Shown: positions 11,374 through 24,100 of the stretch, piece after piece
Position numbering within the stretch: the stretch's first letter is position 1
How the letters are laid out: each line of letters begins with the position of its first letter
Assembly (NCBI GenBank): GCA_964188305.1
Contig: OZ076892.1
From: Podarcis bocagei
Taxonomy: Eukaryota
Direction: 5' to 3' (one strand)
DNA: 64,000 bases
Notes under the pieces: model-generated
The model's input: only the letters and a program-made list of their open reading frames with translations
Told to the model about the DNA's origin: nothing
Database searches by the model: none
Made by a program: the position numbers and the translations under genes

Positions 11374-12099
11374 AGCACAGAAGTACTTTTCCATTCCAGT
11401 GCCAAAAGAAAGACCTGTGCAGAACCGCAAGCCATAGCTATTGGGGGAAATGCTCAGGGTGCAGTTCATCCAAAGTGTTCTAAGAGGATGGCCATAATAT
11501 GCTAGTGTGGTTTAGGTGGAATTTAGCAACTAAGACCGATGCCAACCCTAGGCATCCCTGCCCTGGGGGTGCATTCCAGCTTTTGCAAGGACTACAACTT
11601 CCATCATGTCTTCTTACTGAGGCTGATGGGAACTGTAGTCCAAAATGTTTCAAGGACACCAGGCTGGCTCTCCCTGCCCCCCCCCCCAATAAGCATAGAG
11701 GAATAACAATCTCTTGCTTTCTAAAAGGTGCAAGTGACTTCTGTTTTGAAAAGGCTGACTCTGGGAAGCCTCTGGGCCTGGGTTCTGGTGAGCGAGTCAT
11801 CCCCAAGACTGCCTACAAGGAGATAGCCTTAAAGAAAAATCCGAGCTTCACTTGGTGCTTTTAATAATAATAAAAGCCTCTCCCATGGCACTTAATTAGC
11901 CCTTCAATTACAAAGTCCAAGGTGAGAACAAAGTCCAAGGTGAGAACGGCAACTTGATGGGAGCAAGGGTCACTTTAAGAAAAAAAAAGGAAAGAAAGCT
12001 TGCAGGCAACAATGCAAAGCCGGGAATTGTTTGGCAGAGGAAGGCAGCAAGGCCCTCTCAACTGAAACAAGGCTTGAGGCAGGCGGTCACTCCTGGGTA

Positions 12100-12242
12100 T
12101 CAGTCATACTGCAGCAGCGAGTAGAGGGGGTTTGGCTTGATGGCTTCTTGCCCTTTAAGGGACTTTAACTCTATAAGCACCACACACTCCAGGATATTAG
12201 CCCCCAGCTTCTTCATCAGCTCACAGGCAGCTTGCATGGTCC
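12100..12242 (-). CDS. APRT: APRT exon 5
   Basis: tctag|GG ACC ATG...GAC TGA; [47 protein letters not shown]. Confidence 0.97.
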
Positions 12243-15200
12243 CTAGATGAGAGACGGGAAAAGAAGAAAAAACTGCACTGTTCAGCTACCCTTGATTGTA
12301 ACATGAGAAGAACCCACAGCTGGAGCCCACATCCTGTTCCCTCCATGGCCAACCAGACAGCTATGGGAATATCTCTCCCCCAACTTATGATTCCCAACAA
12401 CTGGCACTCAGAGTATGCTGCTTTTAACAGTGTGGGGCAGGGCACAACCTTATCCTCCACCAATATGTTAAATCCCATTTTAAACCCAAGTGGGCCAACA
12501 TTACGCCATGTGTTTGCAATTGGGTAATTAGGACCAAGTAAAAAAATGGAAGCAAGCTTCCGAGTTCTCCAGAATTCCTCATCAGGAAAAATGTGACACA
12601 AGTTGAGAGGTGGTGGACAGGCAACTTTTGAGGAGGAAACTAAAATAAAAGGGCAGAAAAATGAGCCTGGATAATGTTTTAGCCTTGAGATCTGCTTACA
12701 TGTCGAGTCTAGCATGGAGATTGCAGACTTGTTCCACTCTCGGGTGCAGAACTATCATGTTGCACACTTGAGATTAAGGAGGAAAAACATGGCTTGAGCA
12801 AGCAAAGCCTGGCATGTCACCCAGTGCTGACCAGCACCCACAATGAATCCACAAGGTCCTGGGCAGGCAAGAGAGCAGGAATAAGGAGGGACATGGCAAG
12901 TCTGTCTTTGGGCTAAGCCAGCGGGGGCGTCATCTTCCATTCGGGTGTCTGCAGAACTGGAGAGGACCCCGACTGCCAATCCTCTCTACCCAACAGCCTC
13001 AGTATCTGCCCTGTTCTCACCTCCTGTGGCAAGCAGGTCGTCGATCAAGAGCACATTCTGACCGGGGTTCACTGCGTCGTTTTGAACTTCGAGCTCTGCC
13101 TGTGGGGTGCAAAAGAAGGGTGGATTTTAAGCTTGCTGAATGGGCAATGTAGTGGCCAGAATCCTGGGGTGGGGGGCTCATCACCCCAAAATGTGGGACA
13201 GAACTGCCTGGCATTGGTGAGGGAGCAGGGAGGACTCAACCGCCAGCAAGTCAGCTGTCTGTGGGAAGAACAGTGGCATGGATGTTAATAAGTGATTTGA
13301 TGGGGATTGGGGTGGAAAGAGGACTTCAGGGGGTGGGGCTACTCTTTATCAAGCAAACGGCAGCCAGAAACACCACTTGCCTCAGTTGTAACTTCCAAGA
13401 ACCGTAAGAACTTGTGTTTGGCAAGATGTGGGTCACAATATTGATTATGAATTATGCAAAAAGCTGTGGAAAGTGAATATGAATTTCATGGCATGCTATG
13501 CGATAAAATATGAAAATGACCCACAGATAGTGTTCAACACACACCAGATTGGCGAAAATGTCTAAAAAAAGAAAAATGTAGATGTTGGAAGTGTAATAAA
13601 ATTGAGCGATCCTTTTTCCACATGTGGCAGTCCTGTAAAGTAATTAAGGAATATTGGGCAACTATATATAAAGAATTAAAAAAATATATATTAAAAAGAA
13701 AACTTTTCCCAAAACACCTGAGATTTTCCTCTTGGGAATGGTAACAACGGAGGTAAGAAAACAACCAAGAGTTTATTACTATATGCCACCGCCACAGCTA
13801 GAACCTTATTGGCACAAAGGTGGAGAACAACTATAGTACCCACTAAGGAAGAATGGCAGTGTAAAATGTTCAAATATGCTGGACTGGATGGTCTGACAAA
13901 CAGGATAAGAGAAAACGAAGAGAAGGAATACAAGGAGGAATGGATAAGAACCAGTATAAACAAATACATAGCTTAGCAGGCCTCAAGTAAATCCAGCAGC
14001 GTTGAAATACTTTTTTAATAGATAACAAACTGGATGATTAAAAAGATGTGATTACATGGAGTAGAAAAACAAAGGAACCAGGAAAAGGGTAGAAGGGAAG
14101 TTATATGGTATATGTATACATGCTGTATTTGGTACAAAGTCGTAAGTGGGGCAGGCGGAGGGGGTAAAGTGTGCTCTGTTCCTGTTTTTGAAAATGCAAA
14201 TAAAGGGAAAAAAGAATTTGTGTTTCAGCTTTTCCCTCCTCCTTTTTCCTCATGTGTCACGTATTTTTAGATTGTGAGCGTGAGGGAAGAGACTGTCTTA
14301 GAGCTGACTTTGCTAAGCTGCTCTAAGATTTTTTGGTGTACAAATGTGGTAAATTAAAAATTATAATACACTTTTTAAAAAAAATGGCTTTGCATTCTCC
14401 TGCTGAGCCAGCATAAATCAACACTGGGCGATCTTTAGAAGCCCCTCCACCAGAGCTGCATTTGAAATCCTTTGATTAGCCCCCACCTCCACCCCCTAGA
14501 ACCCCCCCCCCCACCAATACCTGGCCATATTCCAGAGAGTAGACAACAGACACTGTGGGACCTGGTAGCTTCCCCTTCTTCCGTATTAGCACAAATCCAA
14601 CTCCCAATCTCTGTGCCAAAGCTGGTCCAAAAAGGAATCCTCGGGAATCAAGACCTGTCAGAAGCAGAGAAGCAGCAGCTTACTTTCTCAGTCCTCAAAG
14701 TTAAAAGCGGTACTCCCATCGTTGTGGCACAGTGAGTGTGGTATCTGAGGCGTTCTACCTGCTGACAGGAAGATGAGATTGTAAACCTGTCTCTGGACTT
14801 CACATTGCAGGGGGCCTGCACGCGTTCACATGACAGAATGCTTCTCTATGCAGTGCAATCCCCCGCAAGTAGAAAGTTAGCAGACCAGGGAGAAACCAGG
14901 CACAGGTTTAGAAACTTCTGCTGCTGTTTGCAAGGCCATTCAGTGGAGGCTTAAGTGGAGCAAATGCCAAGCTCTTTGTGATTTAAAGGGAGTACTGTCT
15001 GGTTTCAGTGGCTCAGCCTTGGCATATACATTTGACCAAGAGTGCATCTGAGCATGCACAGAGAACTCAGAGGAGTCAAGGGAGGAAGATTTGTTGTCAG
15101 GATGTAGCATGTTTGTAGACGGGGCATTCATGGCCTCAAGATCCACTGACTTTCTCTCAAGGACAGCCTCCCCCAACCTGGTGCCCTCCAGAGCTTTAAA

Positions 15201-16420
15201 GACAAACTGGTCCCTGACTCACCTGCAATGTACTCAACCTGGGGATGTGAGGCCTTGACGTGAGCTTCCAGGAGGTCAATTGCAGCTGCAAAGGCAACCG
15301 GGTCCTTTAAGAGGGGGGTGATATCTCTATGGAGAGAAAGAAGCACTTGTCAAAAGAAATTATTTGTGAGTGGGAATTATCCTTCAGAAGAAAAATATTT
15401 GGGATCCAGCATTGGAGCTGCTTTATAAATGAAGTTAAAGCAACAGGTATCCAACCTCTTGTGTATTTTCCTTATTCTCCCACTTCCTCTAGGCTTAATC
15501 AAACCTGAAAGCTAGGTATCACTTCAGTCACGTCCCCTGGCCCACAGGTGGCATATTGCGCTTGCTATGGCGCTCTTTGGGGCATGGGCCTCAGCAGGAA
15601 CTTTTCGCTGGGGCAAAGTAAAACACTGAAAGGGGGAAACAGGGCAGAAAACGAGAAGAATCATGGCTACACATTTTGTCTCATATCTCAGGTTCCACGC
15701 ATGCTAGAAACAGACTGTGGAGTCAGGGAGTTTTGGGTCATGTCCCACCCACCCCTGTGGATGCCCATACTTGCTGAGAGGGCAGAAGCACTGGGTCCTG
15801 GTTCTACTTTGTCCCCTGATCGCCTGGTTCTACTTTGTCCCCAGAAACCAGCCTGGGCCTCCTTTCATCTCTGCAGTGCTGGGGCAAATCATGTAGCAAC
15901 TGCGCACATAACTGATTATGCTTCTGGACTGCAAACTCTGCTCCAGAGACCTGCCCTGCTGCTACTTTGGAGAGCACCAGGCGCATGGAGGGCGTAATAA
16001 TAAATAAAGGGATGTTTTTAGAAGACGACCACCCCCACCCCTACTTCGAGCACCGGCTTAATCTGAGCCCTGGAGCCTCTTAAATGAGGGGCATTCGACA
16101 ACCAGAGGGAAGAAGTTTACGGTCAGAAAAAAGTGTGCTTCGGAGCATGGGCAGAGTGCATTTTCCTTTCCCCAGTCGCCGGGACCTTGTAGTGGCTCAC
16201 TGGCAACAGGAGCGCTTCCCCAAGGGAGGGGGAAGGACTGCCCTCTGCACATGCTCAGGGGAACAAGACCTCGGCATCACATATAGCCCCAAGTGGCCGC
16301 TACCCGTCCCGCTTACCGGAAAAGCACCCCCGGCGTGGGAAAATCGGGGAACTCCCGGATCCGCTCCTGGACCAACCGCCGCTTCTGTTGCAGCCGCAGC
16401 TGCCGCAACTCAGCGCCCAT
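12100..16420 (-). CDS. APRT: Adenine phosphoribosyltransferase, complete; complement(join(12100..12242,13021..13099,14521..14654,15223..15326,16317..16420))
   Basis: Five GT-AG exons, 564 nt = 187 aa + TGA. Motifs [48 protein letters not shown] and the PRPP-binding loop [13 protein letters not shown]. Exons 3-5 (134/79/143 nt) match the human sizes. Confidence 0.98.
13021..13099 (-). CDS. APRT: APRT exon 4
   Basis: cacag|GCA GAG...GGA G|gtgag; [26 protein letters not shown]. Confidence 0.97.
13570..14212 (+). mobile_element. L1-clade LINE 3' fragment (decayed)
   Basis: A-rich; translates to [25 protein letters not shown] (ORF2 CCHC knuckle) and [30 protein letters not shown]; ends aataaagggaaaaaa. 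Confidence 0.8.
14521..14654 (-). CDS. APRT: APRT exon 3
   Basis: gacag|GT CTT GAT...GGC CAG|gtattg; [45 protein letters not shown]. Confidence 0.97.
15223..15326 (-). CDS. APRT: APRT exon 2
   Basis: ccatag|A GAT ATC...GCA G|gtgag; [34 protein letters not shown]. Confidence 0.96.
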
Positions 16421-16560
16421 AGCTAGAGCAACCAATCTGCCCGGTACGAAGCAACGCGCATGCGTGGCAGAGTCGTCCTCCTGGGAGAAACCATTCGGCG
16501 GGGGGGGGGACGACGCTAGTTATAAGGAACCACCACTCTTGCGCGGTTGGCGGGGGTGGA
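16290..16560 (-). promoter_or_regulatory. APRT CpG-rich promoter with NRF1-like site and inverted CCAAT box
   Basis: Local CpG enrichment around exon 1; CGCGCATGCG at 16455-16464 (NRF1 consensus GCGCATGCGC); CCAAT at 16432-16436; G-run near 16500. Confidence 0.7.
16317..16420 (-). CDS. APRT: APRT exon 1
   Basis: ATG GGC GCT...TTC CG|gtaagc; [35 protein letters not shown]. Confidence 0.95.
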
Positions 16561-17029
16561 GTGAGCAAAGAAAGTTAGAACCTCCAGGTCCCTTTCTATG
16601 TGGGGTTATATTAACCACAAATAATTAGTGGCTCCTTACTTACCATGAGTTTTAAGGTCCAGCTTTGTGCACAGAAACAAGGCCGTTAAATATGTTTGGT
16701 TTTAAAAACGGAGAGTTCTTTTTCTCCACTTTGCCAGCGGGTACTCAAGGGCGAGGCAGGACTCTTGCATATTTAGCCGGTGAATCAGCAGAGACTGGTG
16801 GTTTTGCAGCCCTGGCCTTCCGCTCTCTGGCTTGCAGCCGTCATCAACGCGAACTATACTTTGCAAAGGTCAGGTCCCTGCCCCATCTCCCTTACAATCG
16901 AGAATCTTGACACAAGGCACACGCAGAGGAGGAAAGTTGGGGTCAGAAAATATGGGGTTATTGCAGCTACGAGGACTTGGAGTGGGTTTGTGCGCTATTT
17001 TCCAGAGGAAAAGTCCTCTCTTTATTTTC

Positions 17030-17236
17030 TGTGTTATTTAATTTTCCTCCAAGGAACTCAAAGTGGCATACATCGTTTTCTCCTCCTCCTCCTCCATTTT
17101 TATAATTCACAATCCTGTGAGGTAGGTTAGACTGAGAGTGATTGGCCCAAAGTCACCCAGTGTGCTTCCTGGCTGAGTGGGGATTCAGACCTGTGTCTCC
17201 CATGTCCAGCATTCTGACCACTACACCACACTGGCT
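17030..17236 (-). mobile_element. MIR-like CORE SINE; related copies near 18960-19075 and 39740-39930
   Basis: caatcctgtgaggtagg...gattggcccaaagtcacccag...ggggattcagacc...accactacaccacactggct. Confidence 0.7.
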
Positions 17237-17380
17237 ATCCAGTCCAAGTCTGGTTTAAAGATAAGCCAGCCTACCAGTAATTAGCAGATCAAGCAAGCAC
17301 ACAACTCCTCCCCCCTCTGATATTTAAATCATTGTGATTTCCCCCTTAAAATATGCAAATATAATTGGTTTATGCAAATA

Positions 17381-17580
17381 CAGTGGTACCTTGGGTTAAG
17401 AACTCAATTTGTTCTGGAGGTCCGTTCTTAACCTGAAACTGTTCTTAACCTGAGGTACCACTTTAGCTAATGGGGCCTCCCACTGCCGCTGCATGATTTC
17501 TGTTCTCATTCTGAAGCAAAGTTCTTAACCCGAGGTACTATTTCTGGGTTAGTGGAGTCTGTAACCTGAAGCGTCTGTAA
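17381..17580. mobile_element. Tc1/mariner (Tigger-like) MITE, right end truncated
   Basis: TA|CAGTGGTACCTTGGGTTAAGAAC terminus resembling the 62210 element; internal repeats gttcttaacc.gaggtac. Confidence 0.75.
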
Positions 17581-19488
17581 TAATGCAAAGGTGTCCTCAT
17601 TTTGTGTCATGCATTTCCTGTCCTTTGGCAATCTGTAGGTGGCCATCCTCTGTGTACTTTTTGCTTTTTAAGTAACTTTATCGGGTTTTATAAACAAGGA
17701 TCATAGGAATTATAAGTGATACAAATAAATAGACCAAGTCTTCTCATGTCATTTGTACATCACAAAAATAGCATAAAAAATTTGCAATAACAGCTACAAC
17801 ATATCTTCAACCTTTTCCAACCAAAGACCCAGTTCTAATCCAAACATGCATATGGGAACATGTTTCTCATTTATTTAACCATATATCTGTATGTTGGCCA
17901 TGCTGCTGCTGTGACCCACTTTAGATCATGCCGTGATCCAAACTGTTGGCCCCAACCCACTAGCTGAAGTCCCAGTATGTAGTTTAGGGCTTTAAACGGC
18001 AACAACAAAACCTTGAACTTGGCTTGGTAAGCAATAGGCAGTCAGTGCAGATTGTTTAACCCTAGTGGATGTGTTCAAAGCCGGATGTCCCATGAAGCCC
18101 CCTTGTGGAGCAGAAGGGACAGTTTCTAGAACTCACCTTGACAATGCTGGATTTCCAGTTGTAAAGGTTTGCTTCTGTTCCTGTAAGAATGTGGCTGAAA
18201 CCCTGAACATACTTCTCAATTAATATGATTTGTGCAAGGCATTTTTAATCATCTTGCAGACACGGTTTGGTCCATTAGAATAGAATCCACAGATCAGCTA
18301 AATAGCCAACATTCATGGTACAGTCTGCAAGCTTTCAAGTTACGCAGAACTCTTTGCCAGGCTAGATAAGACGGAAAAGAATGCATCTTGGGTGAAGGAA
18401 CACCAAACAAGGTGCTTGTGGGGCACTGCCATTTCCCTGTTTCCAGTCTCCATTGCTGAGAATATTTATTTTTTCTTTAAAGGGATATAGTTGAGCTGAA
18501 AGCCTATACAAAGGTCACATCCATCCAGAAGGATTTGCATTTCTCAGAAAGGCCTTTGTTGGGCAAGACAGAGAACGGGGTGGGTGGGTGATGAAGCAGA
18601 AGGTCACTGTGTAGGCTATTTTCACAGCTGTCCCTGCTAATACTAGGATTTTCTCAAAGACAAATTATCTCCTCCACCACCAGAAAAAATCCTTTCCCCC
18701 AACAGCTGGCCCAAGCTGGCCAGTCCTTAGCAACAGAAGAAACAAACACTGACCCAAGCATGCAACTTTCCATCGGAACACAGAGCTTTTTTAACAGCTA
18801 TATCCCCAAAGACAGGAAGTGATTGGAATTGTAGGGGGTTCTGCTTTGCAGTTGAGTTTGTTCTGCAATTTCGCCACCAATTCGGCTTTTCTGTGACAAC
18901 CCTAACACCTTCCTTTTCACAGGAGAAGGCTATAGATAGCATCTTTATTACAACTTTGCCATCTTTATTGGATCCGTCTTCACAACAACCCTGTGAGATA
19001 GGCTACTGTCATAAAGTGTGACAGAGAAGGTGACTTACTCAAGGCTACTTAATGAATCCATGGCAGAGGCCAGTCTTTCAATGTCTCCCCTGGGATCCAC
19101 TTAGTGAAGTGGAACATGACTTTGCTGGTGTAGGCATGTGAAGAAATCCATCACAGCTTAAACCAAAAGGCTTGGCTTATCAGACAGAATTCTAGCATGA
19201 CAGGCCCCCAAGGCACTTCTTCTCCTTTCCTTCCCCAACTTCTCACATTTTAAAATACTGCGCTCCGGGATTTGCATTTCAAATGTTATTATCTTCCACA
19301 ATCTCATTCAACAAGGAGCTCAGGGAAGAGACACACAGCACTTGTAGATCACATATAATATTGGTCTTAATTTCTTACAATCACACAATAAGAAAGTTAT
19401 AAAGCTGACAAAAGTATTTCTTGAAAGTTAACAACAAACATACAGAACTCTTCTAATCATACTAAAAACAACATCACAGCAGCAGACA

Positions 19489-19494
19489 TTTATT
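19489..19494 (-). terminator. Candidate GALNS polyadenylation signal (AATAAA)
   Basis: tttatt on +; on the - strand it is followed about 20-30 nt later by GT/T-rich tgatgttgttttt. Implies a 3' UTR of about 1.55 kb. Confidence 0.55.
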
Positions 19495-20140
19495 CATATT
19501 AACCTTTGGCACTTCTTGAAAATGTATATTTTGGCACCATTTGAGACCAAGTCTTAAAAGAAATGTTGGCAATGGAGAACACTTCTTTGCACAGCAAAAT
19601 AACCAAAGAAAGGTTTACCTTGCCAGCCATCTGTTTCCAGCAGTGGCTGACCAGGTGCCTCCAAGGAGCCCACAAGCTGGGCGTGATGACAACTACCCTG
19701 TTGTTCTTCCATCCCACAGCAACTGGCATGTAGAGGTAGACTGCCTCTAAACATGGAAGTTCCACTTAGCTATCAGAGGCATTAACTACTGATAATATAG
19801 CTCAGGTGTGGGGAGCCTCTGGCCAGACCATTTTGGCTGAGCCACACTCACCTGCCCTACAACTGCTAACATATATTGCATCAGATGTGAGATGCAGGTA
19901 AAGTAATAGCTGGGCCCAAAAGGGCACCTGCGGAGCCCTTTTTGAAGTGCAATGCAGGACTCTCTGCAAACACCACTGATCAGCTGACTGTTAGTGCTCG
20001 AAGAGAGCCCTGCACTGCCAAAGCCCCAACAATCAGCTGGGATTGGCTGCACTAGGAAGTTACCTAGTGCAGCCAAGGGGGCTACAGGAAGCAACTTGGA
20101 TTTAAAGCACTTCCTCCTGTGTTTTGAATCCAAAAAGCTT

Positions 20141-20149
20141 AAAAAGAAA

Positions 20150-20193
<44 letters not shown>

Positions 20194-20208
20194 GAGAAAG
20201 AAAGAAAG
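20141..20208 (+). repeat. (AAAG)n microsatellite in the presumed GALNS 3' UTR
   Basis: Seen directly; it produces the spurious KKER and FFLS ORFs. Confidence 0.95.
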
Positions 20209-21036
20209 CAGTTTGTATTGAAAAAGCTGGAGAAAGCACTTTGAGTAGAGACCATTTTCTTTGCAAAGGGAAAAAGACTTCAATTTTAGGTGCATTGTCC
20301 TCTCTGCAAAGACTTCAAAGGGGCTTCCTGTAACTAATGATCAGCTGAATGGTGGATATGGCTAGTTCATTGCAGTTCCAGTGCCAATCAGCTGATTGGT
20401 GCTGGAATAACATCCTCAAAGGAGGATGCAACAACCTCCTTTAAACTTTGACACCATTATGATGTCTGGTGATTGACAGGTGGGTAGTCTTGCCCACCTG
20501 CCAAAGCTGGCCTGCAGAGGGTATGGGAGACATTATAGCCAATAGACTGTAATGTTGCTGGCACTGCATGCAGTGAGCAGCAGTCTTTGCTCCAAGCACA
20601 TTTAAGCAACACTGTACATTCGCTGGAGCCACTGAATACTGGCATCGACGCTTAACAATTTTTAGATGGCACAAAGATGCTCTGCCTCATCAGGTCCAGA
20701 AGGGTTCCTGAGCTCCAGGACAAACTTCCAATTCAAGGCAGTGGGAGGGGAGCAGAATGCTGTGAGAGATGATCACATCTGATAACTGAGGGCACAGTCT
20801 CAAAGGAACTTATGAGTAGCAAAGGACTAAGGCAGGCTCTCCAGCCCTAATATCTGAAATAGTCTTAAGCTCACAGTACCTTGGCCCTGTCTGTACTGAG
20901 AGGCTGAATTCATATAGATTTACTGCTGTAACCCTGAGAAAGAGAGGGAAACACTCTGGGCTTCTTCCCACAATGCCCCTTTTCTGAAGAAATGATCCGC
21001 AGCAGCCCTGTCTCCAGCAGGTCAGGCATGAGATGC

Positions 21037-21123
21037 TCAGTGGGGCCAAAAGCACTTTTGAGGGTTGGGGCTGGGAGGCTTCAAACACTTCCCTATCTTC
21101 TCACAGCCTGGAGGAGCCCAATT
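21037..21123 (-). CDS. GALNS: GALNS exon 14 (coding part)
   Basis: aacag|AAT TGG...CAC TGA; [28 protein letters not shown]. Confidence 0.97.
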   Translation of the reverse strand, partial: NWAPPGCEKIGKCLKPPSPNPQKCFWPH

Positions 21124-24100
21124 CTGTTGCAAGACAGGAAGAGAAACTGGGTCAGCCACAAATCACTAGGAAAAATTAGTATCTGAATTTGCTTGCTTTC
21201 CTGTTATATAGAATCATAGAATCATAGAGTTGGAAGAGACCACAAGGGCCATCGAGTCCAACCCCCTGCCAAGCAGGAAACACCATCAGAGCACTCCTGA
21301 CATATGGTTGTCAAGCCTCTGCTTAAAGACCTCCAGAGAAGGAGACTCCACCACACTCCTTGGCAGCAAATTCCACTGTCGAACAGCTCTTACTGTCAGG
21401 AAGTTCTTCCTAATGTTTAGGTGGAATCTTCTTTCTTGTAGTTTGGATCCATTGCCCCGTGTCCGCTTCTCTGGAGCAGCAGAAAACAACCTTTCTCCCT
21501 CCTCTATGTGACATCCTTTTATATATTTGAACATGGCTATCATATCACCCCTTAACCTCCTCTTCTCCAGGCTAAACATGCCCAGCTCCCTTAGCCGTTC
21601 CTCATAAGGCATCGTTTCCAGGCCTTTGACCATTTTGGTTGCCCTCCTCTGGACACGTTCCAGTTTGTCAGTGTCCTTCTTGAATTGTGGTGCCCAGAAC
21701 TGGACACAGTACTCCAGGTGAGGTCTGACCAGAGCAGAATACAGTGGCACTATTACTTCCCTTGATCTAGATGCTATACTCCTATTGATGCAGCCCAGAA
21801 TTGCATTGGCTTTTTTAGCTGCCGCGTCACACTGTTGGCTCATGTCAAGTTTGTGGTCAACCAAGACTCCTAGATCCTTTTCACATGTACTGCTCTCAAG
21901 CCAGGTGTCCCCCATCTTGTATTTGTGCCTCTCATTTTTTTTGCCCAAGTGCAATACTTTACATTTCTCCCTGTTAAAATTCATCTTGTTTGTTTTTGCC
22001 CAGTTCTCTAATCTGTCAAGGTCAAGGTCGTTTTGAAGTGTGATCCTGTCCTCTGGGGTGTTAGCCACCCCTCCCAGTTTGGTGTCATCTGCAAATTTGA
22101 TTAGGATATCCCAACCCACCCCCATTTTCAGATGATGTCTCTCATCTTGGTAGCCTGGAGGCAGGGGCTGTTGGTTTGTTTGTTTTGTTTTTAAAAACCA
22201 AACACTTTGTGCATTACTTAGGATACCTTTGGCCAGAAGTAGCTAACCTGAAAGCCTCTGATGCTCTGCTTCCACCCCCATCCCCCCTGAACACTGGCCT
22301 TCCTGGCTGGGGCTGATGGGAGGTGGAATCCAGGAAGGTCTGGAGGGATGCAGGTTCCTCACCCCAGGCTCAGGCACTTTATTAACAACAACAACAACAA
22401 CTTATTTCTGTTAGAAAAGTGACATTCAAGAATCACTACACCCTGTGCACAGGATGGTAAAACTAGTGCAAAGACCCACATGCTAAAACCCCATTCCACC
22501 AGACTGGGCTGCCTTGTCCTCTTCACAACAGGGCCATGTATTAGCTCCCCCCCCCCCCGCCACCGCACTATCCCTGCATTATTCTGGGGCTGTCTCAAAT
22601 CCCTCTTCTGGCATCGTGATAAGTGAGCAAACCTTTGTATTGCTGACAGGAAGAGAGAAACAGCCCTAGACTTTGAAAGGCTCTATAATTATTTTGCACA
22701 GACATATTTGCGGAGATTACCCAAAGCGCTCAGGAGAAGACAGCAGTCTCGGAAGGCCAAGGGTGAGACAGATAAGAACATTTGTGTTTTAATGAGCAGT
22801 TTGATGGATTAGCCCGCCAACTGATGGATTAGAAGGCATTTACATGGCGACACTGAAACAGGAGAGCTCAGCCTCGACACCTCTGTGGTTCACCGGAATT
22901 ATCATGCCCTTGCTTGAGTTTTGTAGAAGACAGCCAATGTCAGGAAGGAGGAAGAGGACACCCTCCACTAAGAGAAATCCCTCCTAGAGCCCAGAAGCGA
23001 TTGGTTACAACCAGGCAATGAGTGCAACCTACCCACCTGAGAAGTCTCAAGGGGGCCTTTAGTCACCAAACAGCCTGTCTTTAGATGCCATGCAGGATGA
23101 GCAGCACAGAATTCTCCAAGGGTGTTCCTGATGGCAGTGGGTCACACACCTGGGGCACCAGGGGAGAAAGTGCCAAAGTGCCTTCCCTCAAATTCTTCAC
23201 CTCAGCCCTTAATCCAGTGAGCTTCCTCGCTCCCACCTTTATCTCTGGGTCCCTCTGGCTCTGTCATCTTCGCCCTTGTGCTGGAAAAGCCTCTTATCCC
23301 TCAAAGGCATGTTTATGCCTAGCCTTTACTCTGGCCTCTGACACTTGAGATAGATAATATTTTGGGCCCCACCCAATTCCTGTGGCTGTCATTTGTTTTA
23401 AAACGTTATTAATACTGTATTTTCAGATCACTGTAACTTGCCCTGGGACCTTATGGTGAAGGGCAGGTAATAAATAAGGAAATCAACTCTATTTGGAACA
23501 GAGCTGAAAGCAGCTCTGGAGAAGGCAAGTGAAAACCAGCAATACAGAGTCAAGCCCTCACTCCTCATCAGCTAGTGTGGACAAGTCAAGAGGGCCTAGA
23601 CTTCTGCATGAGCCACTCTCAGTCCCCATAAAATGCTCTCTGCTGCACATCCCTCATAAGCCACCCTACCTTCTTCCAATTTGTCCCTTCCCTCATTTGA
23701 ACCTTTGCTGCTCATTAGTCAATCTATGACCCTCCGTTTTGGTCTTTTTCATCCAGCAAAGGCTGCAAGGCCTCTGAGGTGGAGAATGCCTCACATCCAT
23801 ATTCTGTACTGCACCTAGCACACGCTTGGCCCAACATCAATCACCTTCAAAGGGCAGCCAAGCGCATCACCATCTCCCTCCTTCGGCGTCTCTCTGCAAA
23901 GCCCACCCATCCATGGGAGAATCCAGCTGTCAGTTTATTAAAGGTCATTCCTGCCCGCTCTGTGCTGTTTGCGTTATTTTTATCTGCTTTGTTTCATGTG
24001 AGAGCCCTACAGGGGGAAATAGTTTTCGAGAGGCTGCTGGTGAGTGAGGCTTTGCATTCTGCACTGCTAACACCAGGTGGCAATGATGGCCTGGCAATCA

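Noticed and set aside
15798-15843. 26-bp tandem duplication in APRT intron 1 (also 14-bp at 1848-1881 and 22-bp at 53640-53677)
   Set aside because: Ordinary local slippage duplications with no evident function.
19786-20333. KKER- and FFLS-repeat ORFs
   Set aside because: Translations of the (AAAG)n microsatellite.
21286-22125. 279-aa ORF as a host gene or active retroelement
   Set aside because: 5'-truncated CR1 RT fragment lacking the endonuclease and most of the RT; its start lies in flanking DNA.
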